The position numbers and the translations under genes are program-made. A stretch of DNA of 64,000 nucleotides from assembly GCA_028867135.1 (NCBI GenBank), contig JAGWGW010000002.1, positions 22,170-86,169 on the forward strand, in the 5' to 3' direction. Shown here piece by piece: positions 40,308 through 49,154 of the stretch. This DNA comes from Candidatus Micrarchaeota archaeon. GTDB taxonomy: Archaea > Micrarchaeota > Micrarchaeia > Micrarchaeales > CABMGC01. Below the pieces are notes generated by a model. The model searched no databases and had not been told where the DNA came from. It was given only the letters and a program-made list of their open reading frames with translations. The first letter of the stretch is position 1. Every line of letters starts with the position of its first letter.

Positions 40308-40904
40308 ATGGGAAGGTATTATCTCAAAAACGAGGAGGCCTTCGGGCCAATCACCGCAAGGCTCTATTCCATATTCACAAGGATGGGCAGGATAACCGAT
40401 TTCTACAGGTTCGTCGTGAACGACATAAGGAAAAGCAGGGCAAAGAGGATACTTGACATAGGGACGGGCCCCGGAAGGATACCGATGCTGATATACGAAG
40501 CGAAGAAAAGGAGGGTTTATGCGATTGATCCCTCGCCTGCAATGGTAGGCATAGCAAAAAGGAATGCGATGAAGATGGGTTATGACATAGACGTAAGGCT
40601 TGGCTCGAGCAGGAGCATACCTTTCAGCTCGAAATTCGACCTGATAATCGCGACAATATCCTTCCACCATTGGGCCGAGAAAGCGACATCGATGGCACAC
40701 ATAAAGGAACATCTTGCGAAGAACGGTGAGTTCAGAATCTACGAATTCAAGATGCATGGAAGCTTTGCTCATAGGATACTCGTAGGCATGCATTCGCTGG
40801 ACCCTGATGAACTGAAAGAGGCTGCAAAGAATTCCGGAATGAAGGTGAAGGACATAAAGGAGAAGGACACAATGTTAAGGGTATCACTGGTGCGGGGCAA
40901 TTAG
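40308..40904 (+). CDS. Class I SAM-dependent methyltransferase
   Basis: ILDIGTGPG, IDPSPAM and FDLI...SFHHW motifs. Confidence 0.92.
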   Translation: MGRYYLKNEEAFGPITARLYSIFTRMGRITDFYRFVVNDIRKSRAKRILDIGTGPGRIPMLIYEAKKRRVYAIDPSPAMVGIAKRNAMKMGYDIDVRLGSSRSIPFSSKFDLIIATISFHHWAEKATSMAHIKEHLAKNGEFRIYEFKMHGSFAHRILVGMHSLDPDELKEAAKNSGMKVKDIKEKDTMLRVSLVRGN

Positions 40905-40952
40905 CAGATGCTGATTCAAAAGCAATAAATAGAGTTGACTTGTAATTGTCTT

Positions 40953-41820
40953 ATGCGTAAATCACAGTCCGCGATGGAGTACCTGATGACGTATGGATGG
41001 GCGATACTCGCAATCGCGATTGTCATGGTCTCCCTTTATAGTCTTGGAATATTTAATCTGGGAAACCTGAAACCTACAGCGTTGCCTGGCTCGTGCCAGG
41101 TGATAAGGACTGCTGCGCAGACGAGCCTCGCTGGCCAGTGCAGCAACATGATTCCCAAGTATGTTGCATACTTTACTGGCAGTACAGCCTATGTAAGCGT
41201 ACCTTCCAATTCAAACTTGAATCTTAACTCTGCGACCTTTAGTTTCTGGCTTTATCCTATCATCATATCCGCGGCTGACATTATAGAAAGAGGTGTTGGA
41301 TCTGGCGCTTTTCAGCAATATTACATTAGATATACCTCGTCTACGCAATTCCAATGCGTTCTCGACAACGGGGTGAGATTTTATAGCATTACGGCAACTG
41401 ATGCAAGCTTAGGAATAACAGCCAATAGGTGGAATCATATAGCATGTGTCGTGAACGATACCGGAAACATGGCATACTTATACGTTAACGGTATCCTGAA
41501 GGCCAGTGCATCTCCAACGTCATCGTCAACTTCGAAAGGCAGTAGCCTTTTGTATATAGGTGGCTACTCATGGGACGGCTATTCAAAAGGATACATGGCA
41601 GATGCCCAGATCTACAATGCATCACTTGATAACGTAACAGTAAATTTGCTTTATAAGGAGGGTATTGGGGGGGGCGCCGACCAATCTGCAGCACCTTGTA
41701 GGGTGGTGGCCATTGAATGGCGATGCGAATGATTATTCAGGAAACAACAACCAAGGAACAGCAACCAGCGTAATCTGGAACGCGAATTGGCAGGGCAACT
41801 ACACTGCTCCAGCTTCGTAG
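40953..41820 (+). pseudogene. Pilin-like LamG surface protein, copy 2, frameshifted at a G8 tract (41667-41674)
   Basis: Removing one G restores GIGGAPTNLQHLVGWWPLNGDANDYSGNNNQG...WNANWQGNYTAPAS*, matching the paralogues. Confidence 0.85.
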
Positions 41821-41827
41821 CGGAGGG

Positions 41828-42379
41828 TCAGATTCTGCCCTTGCTTTCCCCCCTTACAACGGCCCCTGCTATCAGGTGGGCTAGCCTCAGGTACTTGACC
41901 GCATCGCTGACCAACCTGCCTGCATCACCCTTCTCAATACCAAGTGTTTGCAGGTAGTAGCCCTTTGATTTGTATATGCTGATCTCCTTTGAGAGCCTGT
42001 TGAATAAGGCCAGCTTCTCCCTGTCCTTTGTCATGACCCTTATCGCCCTTCTCAGCAGCATGGGTCTTGGCTTCTTCCTTGTTATTGCGATTGCACCTAT
42101 CCTCAGCCTCCTCTTTATCTCTGTCATGTCGACGATATTGAGGCCGGCAATCGCAATCCCGTTCGTCACGACGAGCTTTATCTGGTCCGAGAACCTTGAT
42201 TTCCTCACGCTCCTGATTATCATTTCCGCAGCGTCATCTCCATCCTTGCCGACATAGAATGAGATGGCGCCCTCGACTATGTCGTTTCTTGCTATGATGC
42301 CCAGTATGAATACGCTCTTGTCGTTCCTCTTGAACGGCGAGTCTTCGATTACAAGAATTCGTGCTCCCTTCTTCAGCAT
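41828..42379 (-). CDS. DUF99 family (endonuclease V-like) protein
   Basis: IEDSPF, DGDDA, GIAIAGLNIVD and LRLAHLIA motifs. Confidence 0.85.
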   Translation of the reverse strand: MLKKGARILVIEDSPFKRNDKSVFILGIIARNDIVEGAISFYVGKDGDDAAEMIIRSVRKSRFSDQIKLVVTNGIAIAGLNIVDMTEIKRRLRIGAIAITRKKPRPMLLRRAIRVMTKDREKLALFNRLSKEISIYKSKGYYLQTLGIEKGDAGRLVSDAVKYLRLAHLIAGAVVRGESKGRI

Positions 42380-42383
42380 TCAA

Positions 42384-42650
42384 TTACTTCTTGGGCACCT
42401 GGGAGGCTAGTTCCTTGAACTCCTCCTGCACCTCCTCGATGGCCTTAAGCACAAGATGCCTTGCATTCTTCTCAGCCTTTACCACCAGCCTTGGGTTCCC
42501 AAGCTCCGGATGCTCCTTGACGACTCCTGCGAAATCTACGTCCTTGCTCTCGAGGAGCCTGTCCTTTATCAGGTCGGGTATTCCCCTGTCAAAGCCCTCG
42601 AACTCTATCGTAAGGCTCTTTGCCTCGTCTTCTATGAAATTCAGTTTCAA
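42384..42650 (-). CDS. rpoL: RNA polymerase subunit Rpo11/RpoL
   Basis: VDFAG...EHP...PRLVVK pattern; TTG start after AGGTGG. Confidence 0.85.
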   Translation of the reverse strand: MKLNFIEDEAKSLTIEFEGFDRGIPDLIKDRLLESKDVDFAGVVKEHPELGNPRLVVKAEKNARHLVLKAIEEVQEEFKELASQVPKK

Positions 42651-42769
42651 ACAATCCACCTATGAACAAGCAGAAGCAAGTATATGTTGTAGATGGTATA
42701 CTTAAATATATATAGTTTATCCATATCAATATACGTTACAGATTCCTACGTTTTCAGGGGTTCTAGTAC

Positions 42770-43189
42770 ATGGCAAACATACTCGAGGTCGATACACAGA
42801 AGCTTGTGGAGAGCGCAGCCCAGAAGCTCAAGCAATCTGGAGGCATGGACAAGCCGAAATACGTCGATTTCGTAAAGAGCGGGGCGAGCAGGGAGAGACC
42901 CCCTTCGGATCCTGACTTCTGGTACATGAGATGCGCCTCGGTACTTAGGCAGGTGTACCTTGAAGGCCCCATCGGCGTATCGAAGCTCAGGACAAGGTAC
43001 GGTTCCAGGGTCAACCATACGGTCCACAGGCACCACCACTTCCGTTCAGGAGGTTCGCTGATCAAGGATGCGTTCGACGCGCTCGAGAAGAAGGGATACG
43101 TAAAGAAAGGCAAGAAGGGGAGGATAATCACGCCGGTCGGAAGGTCATTTCTCGACAAGGTGGCTGGTGAGCTGTCCAAGGGTGCGTAG
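42770..43189 (+). CDS. rps19e: 30S ribosomal protein S19e
   Basis: VKSG..RERPP...WYMRCAS and GRIITPVGRSFLD motifs. Confidence 0.96.
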   Translation: MANILEVDTQKLVESAAQKLKQSGGMDKPKYVDFVKSGASRERPPSDPDFWYMRCASVLRQVYLEGPIGVSKLRTRYGSRVNHTVHRHHHFRSGGSLIKDAFDALEKKGYVKKGKKGRIITPVGRSFLDKVAGELSKGA

Positions 43190-43191
43190 CC

Positions 43192-43494
43192 TTGCCTGAA
43201 GAGCAGGAGGAGCAGAACAAGGCAAGGAAGGCCATCGAGAAAAGAATACGTGCAATGCAGGTAGAGCAGCAGAAGAGGGGAATAGCGCAGAAGTTCATGG
43301 AGCCCGACGCTTATGAAAGGCTTATGAATGTTAGAGTAGCAAATTACCAACTGTATTCGCAGCTTGTTGACCTGATAATCGCGATGGTGCAGCAGAACAG
43401 GATACAGGGAAAGATGACAGATGTGCAGCTGAGAGACCTGCTGTCGAGACTGACTTACAGGCCTGATTCGAAGATAGAGTTCAAGCACAAGTGA
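43192..43494 (+). CDS. PDCD5-like DNA-binding protein
   Basis: PDAYERLMNVR...D.QLRDLL; conserved operon position. Confidence 0.9.
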   Translation: MPEEQEEQNKARKAIEKRIRAMQVEQQKRGIAQKFMEPDAYERLMNVRVANYQLYSQLVDLIIAMVQQNRIQGKMTDVQLRDLLSRLTYRPDSKIEFKHK

Positions 43495-43503
43495 AGTGAG
43501 AAA

Positions 43504-43668
43504 ATGTCGAAGAAAAGCCAGAAGCTAAAGATGAGACTGGGAAAGAAGCTCAAGCAGAACAGGAGGGTTCCCGCGTTAGCCATGCTCAGGACGCACAGGA
43601 GCGTGCAGTACAACAGGTTCCAGAGGAGCTGGAGGCACAGGAAGATGAGGCTTAGCAAGGAAGTGTGA
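43504..43668 (+). CDS. rpl39e: 50S ribosomal protein L39e (absent from the ORF track)
   Basis: MSKKSQKLKMRLGKKLKQNRRVP...RSWRHRK. Confidence 0.95.
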   Translation: MSKKSQKLKMRLGKKLKQNRRVPALAMLRTHRSVQYNRFQRSWRHRKMRLSKEV

Positions 43669-43670
43669 AA

Positions 43671-44069
43671 ATGTCTGTAATGAGGATAAACCTTAGGAAG
43701 GGCCTTGTAAGGCTGCATATGTCGAGAAGGCACGCGAAGGCAGCTGACCTGCTGAAGAGCTTCGTGGCAAGGCATCAGAAGGTTGACAAGGCCGTGGTGA
43801 AGCTCGACAAGGAGCTTAACCAGCATCTCTCGATAAAGGTTTCAAGGAGCATGGAGCCCATAGAGGTTAACGTTGAGAAGGTTGGCGACGGGGTAAGCGT
43901 CAAGCTTGCCAAGCAGACTGAGAAGGCGAAGGAGGCACAGAAATCCAAGGATGCTCCAAAAGAGAAGGCATCAGTGCATTCGAACGTGAAGCCCAAGCCC
44001 CTTGAGCCGCCAAAGCCTCATCCTCTGAAGAACGAGCCCAAGGACAGCAAGGTGCAGAACAAGACTTAG
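43671..44069 (+). CDS. rpl31e: 50S ribosomal protein L31e with Lys/Pro-rich tail
   Basis: INLR...RRHAKA...FVARH...LD.ELN pattern; operon position. Confidence 0.85.
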   Translation: MSVMRINLRKGLVRLHMSRRHAKAADLLKSFVARHQKVDKAVVKLDKELNQHLSIKVSRSMEPIEVNVEKVGDGVSVKLAKQTEKAKEAQKSKDAPKEKASVHSNVKPKPLEPPKPHPLKNEPKDSKVQNKT

Positions 44070-44079
44070 GTTGCATTCC

Positions 44080-44748
44080 ATGAGCATCGTGAAGGGCAGC
44101 ATTCTCGGCAACAGCTACATAGGCGCTTTTGCAACGACCAACGACAGATTCACAATCCTCAGCAACGCGGCCACCATGAACGAGGAGAAGATGGTAGAGG
44201 AGGCGCTGGGGACCGAGGTCGCAAGGGCTACCGTCAACGGCTCCGGACTTGTAGGGGTATACACTGTTGCCAATTCAAATGCGATAATGGTGCCGGAGAT
44301 AATGGAGAGGCACGAGATAGACATGGTCAAAAGGGCATTTCCCAGCATAGGCGTGCACGTGATAAGGACGAGCCTGAACGCGCTGAAGAACAACATCCTT
44401 GCAAACGACAGGATAGCCGTGATCAATCCTGAGTACAGCAACAAGGAGGAGAAGGAGATATCCGATGCCCTCGGGGTTGAGACGATCAGGCTCTCTGTGG
44501 GCGGATTTGGGACGGTTGGCGCGAACAACATAATCACGAACAAGGGGCTGGTGCTCAACAACAGGGCCAGCGACGAGGAGAGCGAGAGGCTCAAGCACCT
44601 ATTCAAGTCAATATCGTATTCCACGGCCAACCTGGGGGCAGCGTCGATAGGGCTGTGCGCTATTGCGAACTCGAAGGGAATTGTCGTCGGGGAGGATACT
44701 ACCGGGTTCGAGCTTGCAAGGATCTCGGAAGGCCTTGACCTTGAATGA
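44080..44748 (+). CDS. eif6: Translation initiation factor 6
   Basis: YIG, NNILAND and ANSKG.VVG..TTGFEL motifs. Confidence 0.93.
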   Translation: MSIVKGSILGNSYIGAFATTNDRFTILSNAATMNEEKMVEEALGTEVARATVNGSGLVGVYTVANSNAIMVPEIMERHEIDMVKRAFPSIGVHVIRTSLNALKNNILANDRIAVINPEYSNKEEKEISDALGVETIRLSVGGFGTVGANNIITNKGLVLNNRASDEESERLKHLFKSISYSTANLGAASIGLCAIANSKGIVVGEDTTGFELARISEGLDLE

Positions 44749-44794
44749 CAAATAAGTTATAAATACGAATCCTTCCCATTGTTAGTGGGGTTTT

Positions 44795-45280
44795 ATGAGC
44801 AGGAGGTCAAGAACGTTCAACCCGGTGATAGGCGATGACAAGAGCATTGTCAGCGCGCACTGGCAGGGGAGAGAGGCTGAGGTAAGGACGCTCATGAGGA
44901 ACGGCGGCGATCCGAACCTTGACTTCGGCTCCAGGACAGGCACAGCAAACATGAAGATAGGAGAGGAGAGCATAGGAAAGCTCAGAAATGCTGTCGAAGT
45001 CAGGGAGACGCTGACAATATGGTACGCCTCCAACGGCACGGTTCAGAGGGCGCAGGGCATCCCACGCTCTGTTGACCTGAGGAAGGGCATAACGCTCTTC
45101 GGGAAGGACGATGCGATACCGTTCATAGGAGATACGGTTGCGATAAGGACGATAACGTTGAGGGGCAATACGGTATACGACAACAGGAGCAGGATAGGCG
45201 CAGAATACGGCACCAAATCGGCTTCTGACATCGAAGCACTCATGAGAAGGAGCTTCGATAGCTCAGTGTCAACAAGATAA
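44795..45280 (+). CDS. Hypothetical protein occupying the usual rpl18a(LX) position
   Basis: Clean ORF with its own TATA-like element (44751-44766); no confident family. Confidence 0.6.
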   Translation: MSRRSRTFNPVIGDDKSIVSAHWQGREAEVRTLMRNGGDPNLDFGSRTGTANMKIGEESIGKLRNAVEVRETLTIWYASNGTVQRAQGIPRSVDLRKGITLFGKDDAIPFIGDTVAIRTITLRGNTVYDNRSRIGAEYGTKSASDIEALMRRSFDSSVSTR

Positions 45281-45290
45281 GATTGATCCG

Positions 45291-45737
45291 ATGGCTGAGA
45301 ACAAGGACAACGCGAACATAGACCCGAAGGAGCTCTACGTGCAGCTCCAGTACCTGCAGAACCTCTACAGCCAGCAGTACGATTACATAGAGGAGAACCT
45401 TGCGAGCTACACTATAGCCAACAATTCCGTCAGGAGGAGCATAGAGCTCCTGAGCGGCGCGGACTCTGTGAAGAACTCGAAGGTGCTGATGAGCCCAGAC
45501 GCAGGAATCTACATGGAAGCCAGCATCGGGGAGCTCAGGAGCATCATAACTTATGTTGGTGCAGGATATCTAGTGGAGAAGAGCGTTGAGGATGCGAAGG
45601 CCTTCATGGAGCAGAACCAGAGGAAGGGAGAGGAGGTGCTCATGAAGCTCGTGTCCGACAAGCAGAAGCTCGAGAAGGAATTGCTGGACATAAACTACAG
45701 GATGGGAGTCCTCCAGCAGCAGCTGTCAGGACAGTAG
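45291..45737 (+). CDS. pfdA: Prefoldin alpha subunit
   Basis: Coiled coils flanking VGAGYLVEKSVEDA. Confidence 0.9.
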   Translation: MAENKDNANIDPKELYVQLQYLQNLYSQQYDYIEENLASYTIANNSVRRSIELLSGADSVKNSKVLMSPDAGIYMEASIGELRSIITYVGAGYLVEKSVEDAKAFMEQNQRKGEEVLMKLVSDKQKLEKELLDINYRMGVLQQQLSGQ

Positions 45738-45745
45738 GTAATCCG

Positions 45746-46993
45746 ATGTTTGAAGGCCTGAAGAAGAAGTTCTCGAATTTTATAGACAACATCACGAAAA
45801 AGGAGAATGAGGAGGTCAAGGAAGAGGCCAAGGAGGGGAAGGCTGAGGAGAGGGAGGAGCCAGCCCAGGCTGCTCCTGCGCAAGAACAGGAGAAGATGTC
45901 TGATATCGAAAAGGAGGAAAAGGCAGAGGAGATAGAGGAAGAGGAGAGTGACGAGGCCCAGTACGAAAGGCAGATGGCAAAAGGAAGCGAGGGAGAAGAG
46001 GCAAAGCCAGAGGCACAGGAGCAGGAGCATGAGCAGGTTCGCCAGGGCAGGGATTCGGCCCCTAAGCCGCAAGAGGAGAGAAAGGGCATAAGGTTGTCTG
46101 CCGCAACAAGGATAAAGGGCTTCATTTTTGGGCAGGTCGAGATAAAAGAGAAGGACGTAAGCTCGTTTCTTGAGGGCCTGAGGATGGACCTGCTGCAGTC
46201 CGATGTCAACTACGATGTCGCTGAAAGGATGGTCGGCAACCTGTCTAGGGAACTGGTAGGGATGAAGGTGAACTCCAGGGACATAGAAAGAGAGGTGAGG
46301 AGCAGCGTGAGGAGCTCGATACTTAGGACCATAGCGAAGAAGGAGGGCTCTGACATGGTTTCGATGGCAAGGGAGAAGAAGCATAAGGGAGAGATGCCGT
46401 TCAGGATACTTTTCCTGGGACCCAATGGGGCGGGAAAGACGACAACGATGGCCAAGGTCGCGAGGATGCTGCTTGACAACGGTTTTTCGTGCGTGATGTC
46501 GGCAAGCGACACATTCAGGGCAGCTGCAATGGAGCAGACCGCAATACATGCGCAGCGACTTGGGATAAGCGTCATAAAGGGCGCTTACGGCGCTGACCCT
46601 GCTAGCATTGCATTCGATGCCATAGCCCATGCGAAGGCCCATGGAATAGACGTGGTGCTCATGGACAGCGCGGGAAGGCAGGAGACGAACAGGAGCCTGA
46701 TAGAGGAGCTGAAGAAGATGGCAAGGGTGACCATGCCTGACATGAAAATATTCGTAGGCGAGGGCATAGCGGGCAACGCGCTGCTGAACCAGGTCAAGGC
46801 CATCAATGAAGCTGTAAGGATAGACGGAATAATACTGACAAAGCTCGATGTGGATGCGAAAGGCGGCAATACCATATCGATACTCAGCGACACGACGATA
46901 CCCATACTCTTCTTCGGCATGGGCGAGAAGTACTCTGACCTGATGGCCTATGACCCGGAATTCATAATAAACAACATAGTGCCGGACAACTGA
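45746..46993 (+). CDS. ftsY: SRP receptor FtsY
   Basis: Acidic N-terminus; GPNGAGKTTT, DTFRAAA, DSAGR and TKLD.DAKGG motifs. Confidence 0.97.
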   Translation: MFEGLKKKFSNFIDNITKKENEEVKEEAKEGKAEEREEPAQAAPAQEQEKMSDIEKEEKAEEIEEEESDEAQYERQMAKGSEGEEAKPEAQEQEHEQVRQGRDSAPKPQEERKGIRLSAATRIKGFIFGQVEIKEKDVSSFLEGLRMDLLQSDVNYDVAERMVGNLSRELVGMKVNSRDIEREVRSSVRSSILRTIAKKEGSDMVSMAREKKHKGEMPFRILFLGPNGAGKTTTMAKVARMLLDNGFSCVMSASDTFRAAAMEQTAIHAQRLGISVIKGAYGADPASIAFDAIAHAKAHGIDVVLMDSAGRQETNRSLIEELKKMARVTMPDMKIFVGEGIAGNALLNQVKAINEAVRIDGIILTKLDVDAKGGNTISILSDTTIPILFFGMGEKYSDLMAYDPEFIINNIVPDN

Positions 46994-47042
46994 ACATTAT
47001 AAAAGAGTTAAAATAGCATAAAGGCGATATAGATGGGTTTGC

Positions 47043-48359
47043 ATGGATGAGGAATTTCTGCAGTTCGAGTCAAAGGTCTTCGAGCTTCTCGAGGGCAAGC
47101 TGAGCTCCATAAACGACGAGGGCGAGCTCCTTAGGAACATCGAGACCATATCCAAGACTGTCAATCCGGCGGTCACGCAGGACGAGATAAACCAGGCCAT
47201 AGCCGATGCCAGGAAGTTCGACCCGATAGACGACTATCTCCACAACGAGGAGATAGAGGACATCATGGTGAACAACACGAGGAACATATTCGTATACAGG
47301 ACAGGCGCAGGCATAGAGATGGTGAAGGAGAGGATACCTACAAGGAAGGAGCTTAGCAGGTTTGTCAAGAAGCTGAGGATGTACGCGACAAGCGACATGG
47401 CCAGCAAGCAGATATTCGACGTCCACATGCCGACCGGCGCAAGGGCCAACATAGTGGAATCGCCGCTGGGCGCAGACGTAACGATAAGGAGCTTCAAGAA
47501 GAAGGCATACAGCATAATAGACCTGATAAACAGGGGAGAGCTCAGCTACAACATGGCCGGAAGGTTGTGGGTGTACTCGGAGGGGCTGAAGGTCAGGCCA
47601 GCGAACATAGTGATAGGGGGAACGCCTGGAAGCGGGAAGACGACGCTCCTCAACGCCATGTTCTCGTTCTTCAGGCCTGAGGAGAGGATAGTCGTCATAG
47701 AGGAGACATACGAGCTAAACACCGAGACCCAGGAGAACTGCGTAAGGCTGGAGACCAGCCCGCAGGTCGACCTGCAGGACCTTCTCAAGAACTCGCTCAG
47801 GATGAGGCCCGACATGCTCATAGTCGGGGAGGTGAGAGGGGCTGAGGCGCAGGACATGATGGTTGCGATGAACATAGGGAAGATAGCGATGTCAACGATA
47901 CACGCGAGCACCACGAGGGATATAATAACAAGGCTGGAAAGCTCGCCAATGAACATCGACAGGAACGCGATATCGCTGGTCGACGTCCTGATGGTGGTCT
48001 CGCAGGTGCAGGAGGAGGGCATGTACACCAGGAAGATAACGCAGGTATCTGAAGTGTCCGGAGTGGAGACAAAGGTGCTGCTCTCGGATCTCTTCCTATA
48101 CGACTACAAGACAAGGAAGGGTTCGCAGATACTGCCCAGCGTAACGTACAGGGACAACCTGTCCAAGCTCAGCGGCTACTCGCCGAGCAAGATAATAGAG
48201 GAGGAACAGAGGAGGGCCAAGATACTTGAGAAGCTCAACAAGATGGGGATAAGGGACCTCGCGGGCATCAACAACTTCTGCAAGGAGTATTATGAGGATC
48301 CCGAGAAGGCGCTTAACAAGATAGAGCTCTCGAACCTCGGCATCCTCACGTACGACTGA
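47043..48359 (+). CDS. Type IV pilus/secretion ATPase (TadA/CpaF/VirB11 family)
   Basis: GTPGSGKTT, IEETYEL, LRMRPD..IVGEVRG.EA and STIHA motifs. Confidence 0.93.
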   Translation: MDEEFLQFESKVFELLEGKLSSINDEGELLRNIETISKTVNPAVTQDEINQAIADARKFDPIDDYLHNEEIEDIMVNNTRNIFVYRTGAGIEMVKERIPTRKELSRFVKKLRMYATSDMASKQIFDVHMPTGARANIVESPLGADVTIRSFKKKAYSIIDLINRGELSYNMAGRLWVYSEGLKVRPANIVIGGTPGSGKTTLLNAMFSFFRPEERIVVIEETYELNTETQENCVRLETSPQVDLQDLLKNSLRMRPDMLIVGEVRGAEAQDMMVAMNIGKIAMSTIHASTTRDIITRLESSPMNIDRNAISLVDVLMVVSQVQEEGMYTRKITQVSEVSGVETKVLLSDLFLYDYKTRKGSQILPSVTYRDNLSKLSGYSPSKIIEEEQRRAKILEKLNKMGIRDLAGINNFCKEYYEDPEKALNKIELSNLGILTYD

Positions 48360-48365
48360 GATTCC

Positions 48366-49154
48366 ATGAAGATAACGCATCTTATTATCGCCTTCCTGAT
48401 GCTGCCGCTCATCGCTAGCGCAGGCACAGTCACGCTCAGCGGCACGTGCCCTTCGAAGCTTGTGAACGGCAACGCAAGCTTCTCCCTCAGCAACAGCGGC
48501 AACGAGTCAGCCACAAGCCTCATCATAACGCTCCATTTCATAGGCAACGTGACATCCAACAAATCAGTGCAGATAGGCAAGATAGCGCCTGCGCAGAGCC
48601 TGAACGTTTCCGTGCCCGTGTCCGGCAACGGCAACTCGGGCACTTTCGGCTCCTATTTCCTTGTGGCGTACAGGCAGGACAGCTCCGTATTCTCCGCGAT
48701 ATTCCCATGCCTGATAGACATAGGCAACGGAACAGCGTCGCAGCTCCTCGTCAATTCAGAGGTCGTTTCGAAGATCAGCGGAAACAGCACCGTGAATGTG
48801 TCTGTTGTGAACGGCGGGTACACGTCCATCAACGCGTCAGTGGATCTGGTGCTGCCGATAGGCCTCTCTGCGCCTTTCGGAAGCCACAAGGCTCTCCTTC
48901 TAGGCCCCAGCTCAAGGGATGGCATATTCTTTCCAGTAACGTATCCTAACGGCACCGGGAGCTATGCAGGTGCTGTGGTGGTCTCCTATCAGGAGAATGG
49001 CCTCAACCATGCCTCGCTGTCCACGATAACCATAGGCACTCAGGGACTGAAGAAGGGCATGCAGCTGGGAGCATTGCTGGAATATGCTGTGGCGATAGTG
49101 TTTGTGGCGTTTGTCATCCTGATCCTCAGGGCAAGGCTGAGAAGGAAAGGCTAG
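48366..49154 (+). CDS. Secreted Ig-like surface protein with C-terminal TM anchor
   Basis: Signal peptide, many NxS/T sequons, TM followed by a basic tail. Confidence 0.65.
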   Translation: MKITHLIIAFLMLPLIASAGTVTLSGTCPSKLVNGNASFSLSNSGNESATSLIITLHFIGNVTSNKSVQIGKIAPAQSLNVSVPVSGNGNSGTFGSYFLVAYRQDSSVFSAIFPCLIDIGNGTASQLLVNSEVVSKISGNSTVNVSVVNGGYTSINASVDLVLPIGLSAPFGSHKALLLGPSSRDGIFFPVTYPNGTGSYAGAVVVSYQENGLNHASLSTITIGTQGLKKGMQLGALLEYAVAIVFVAFVILILRARLRRKG

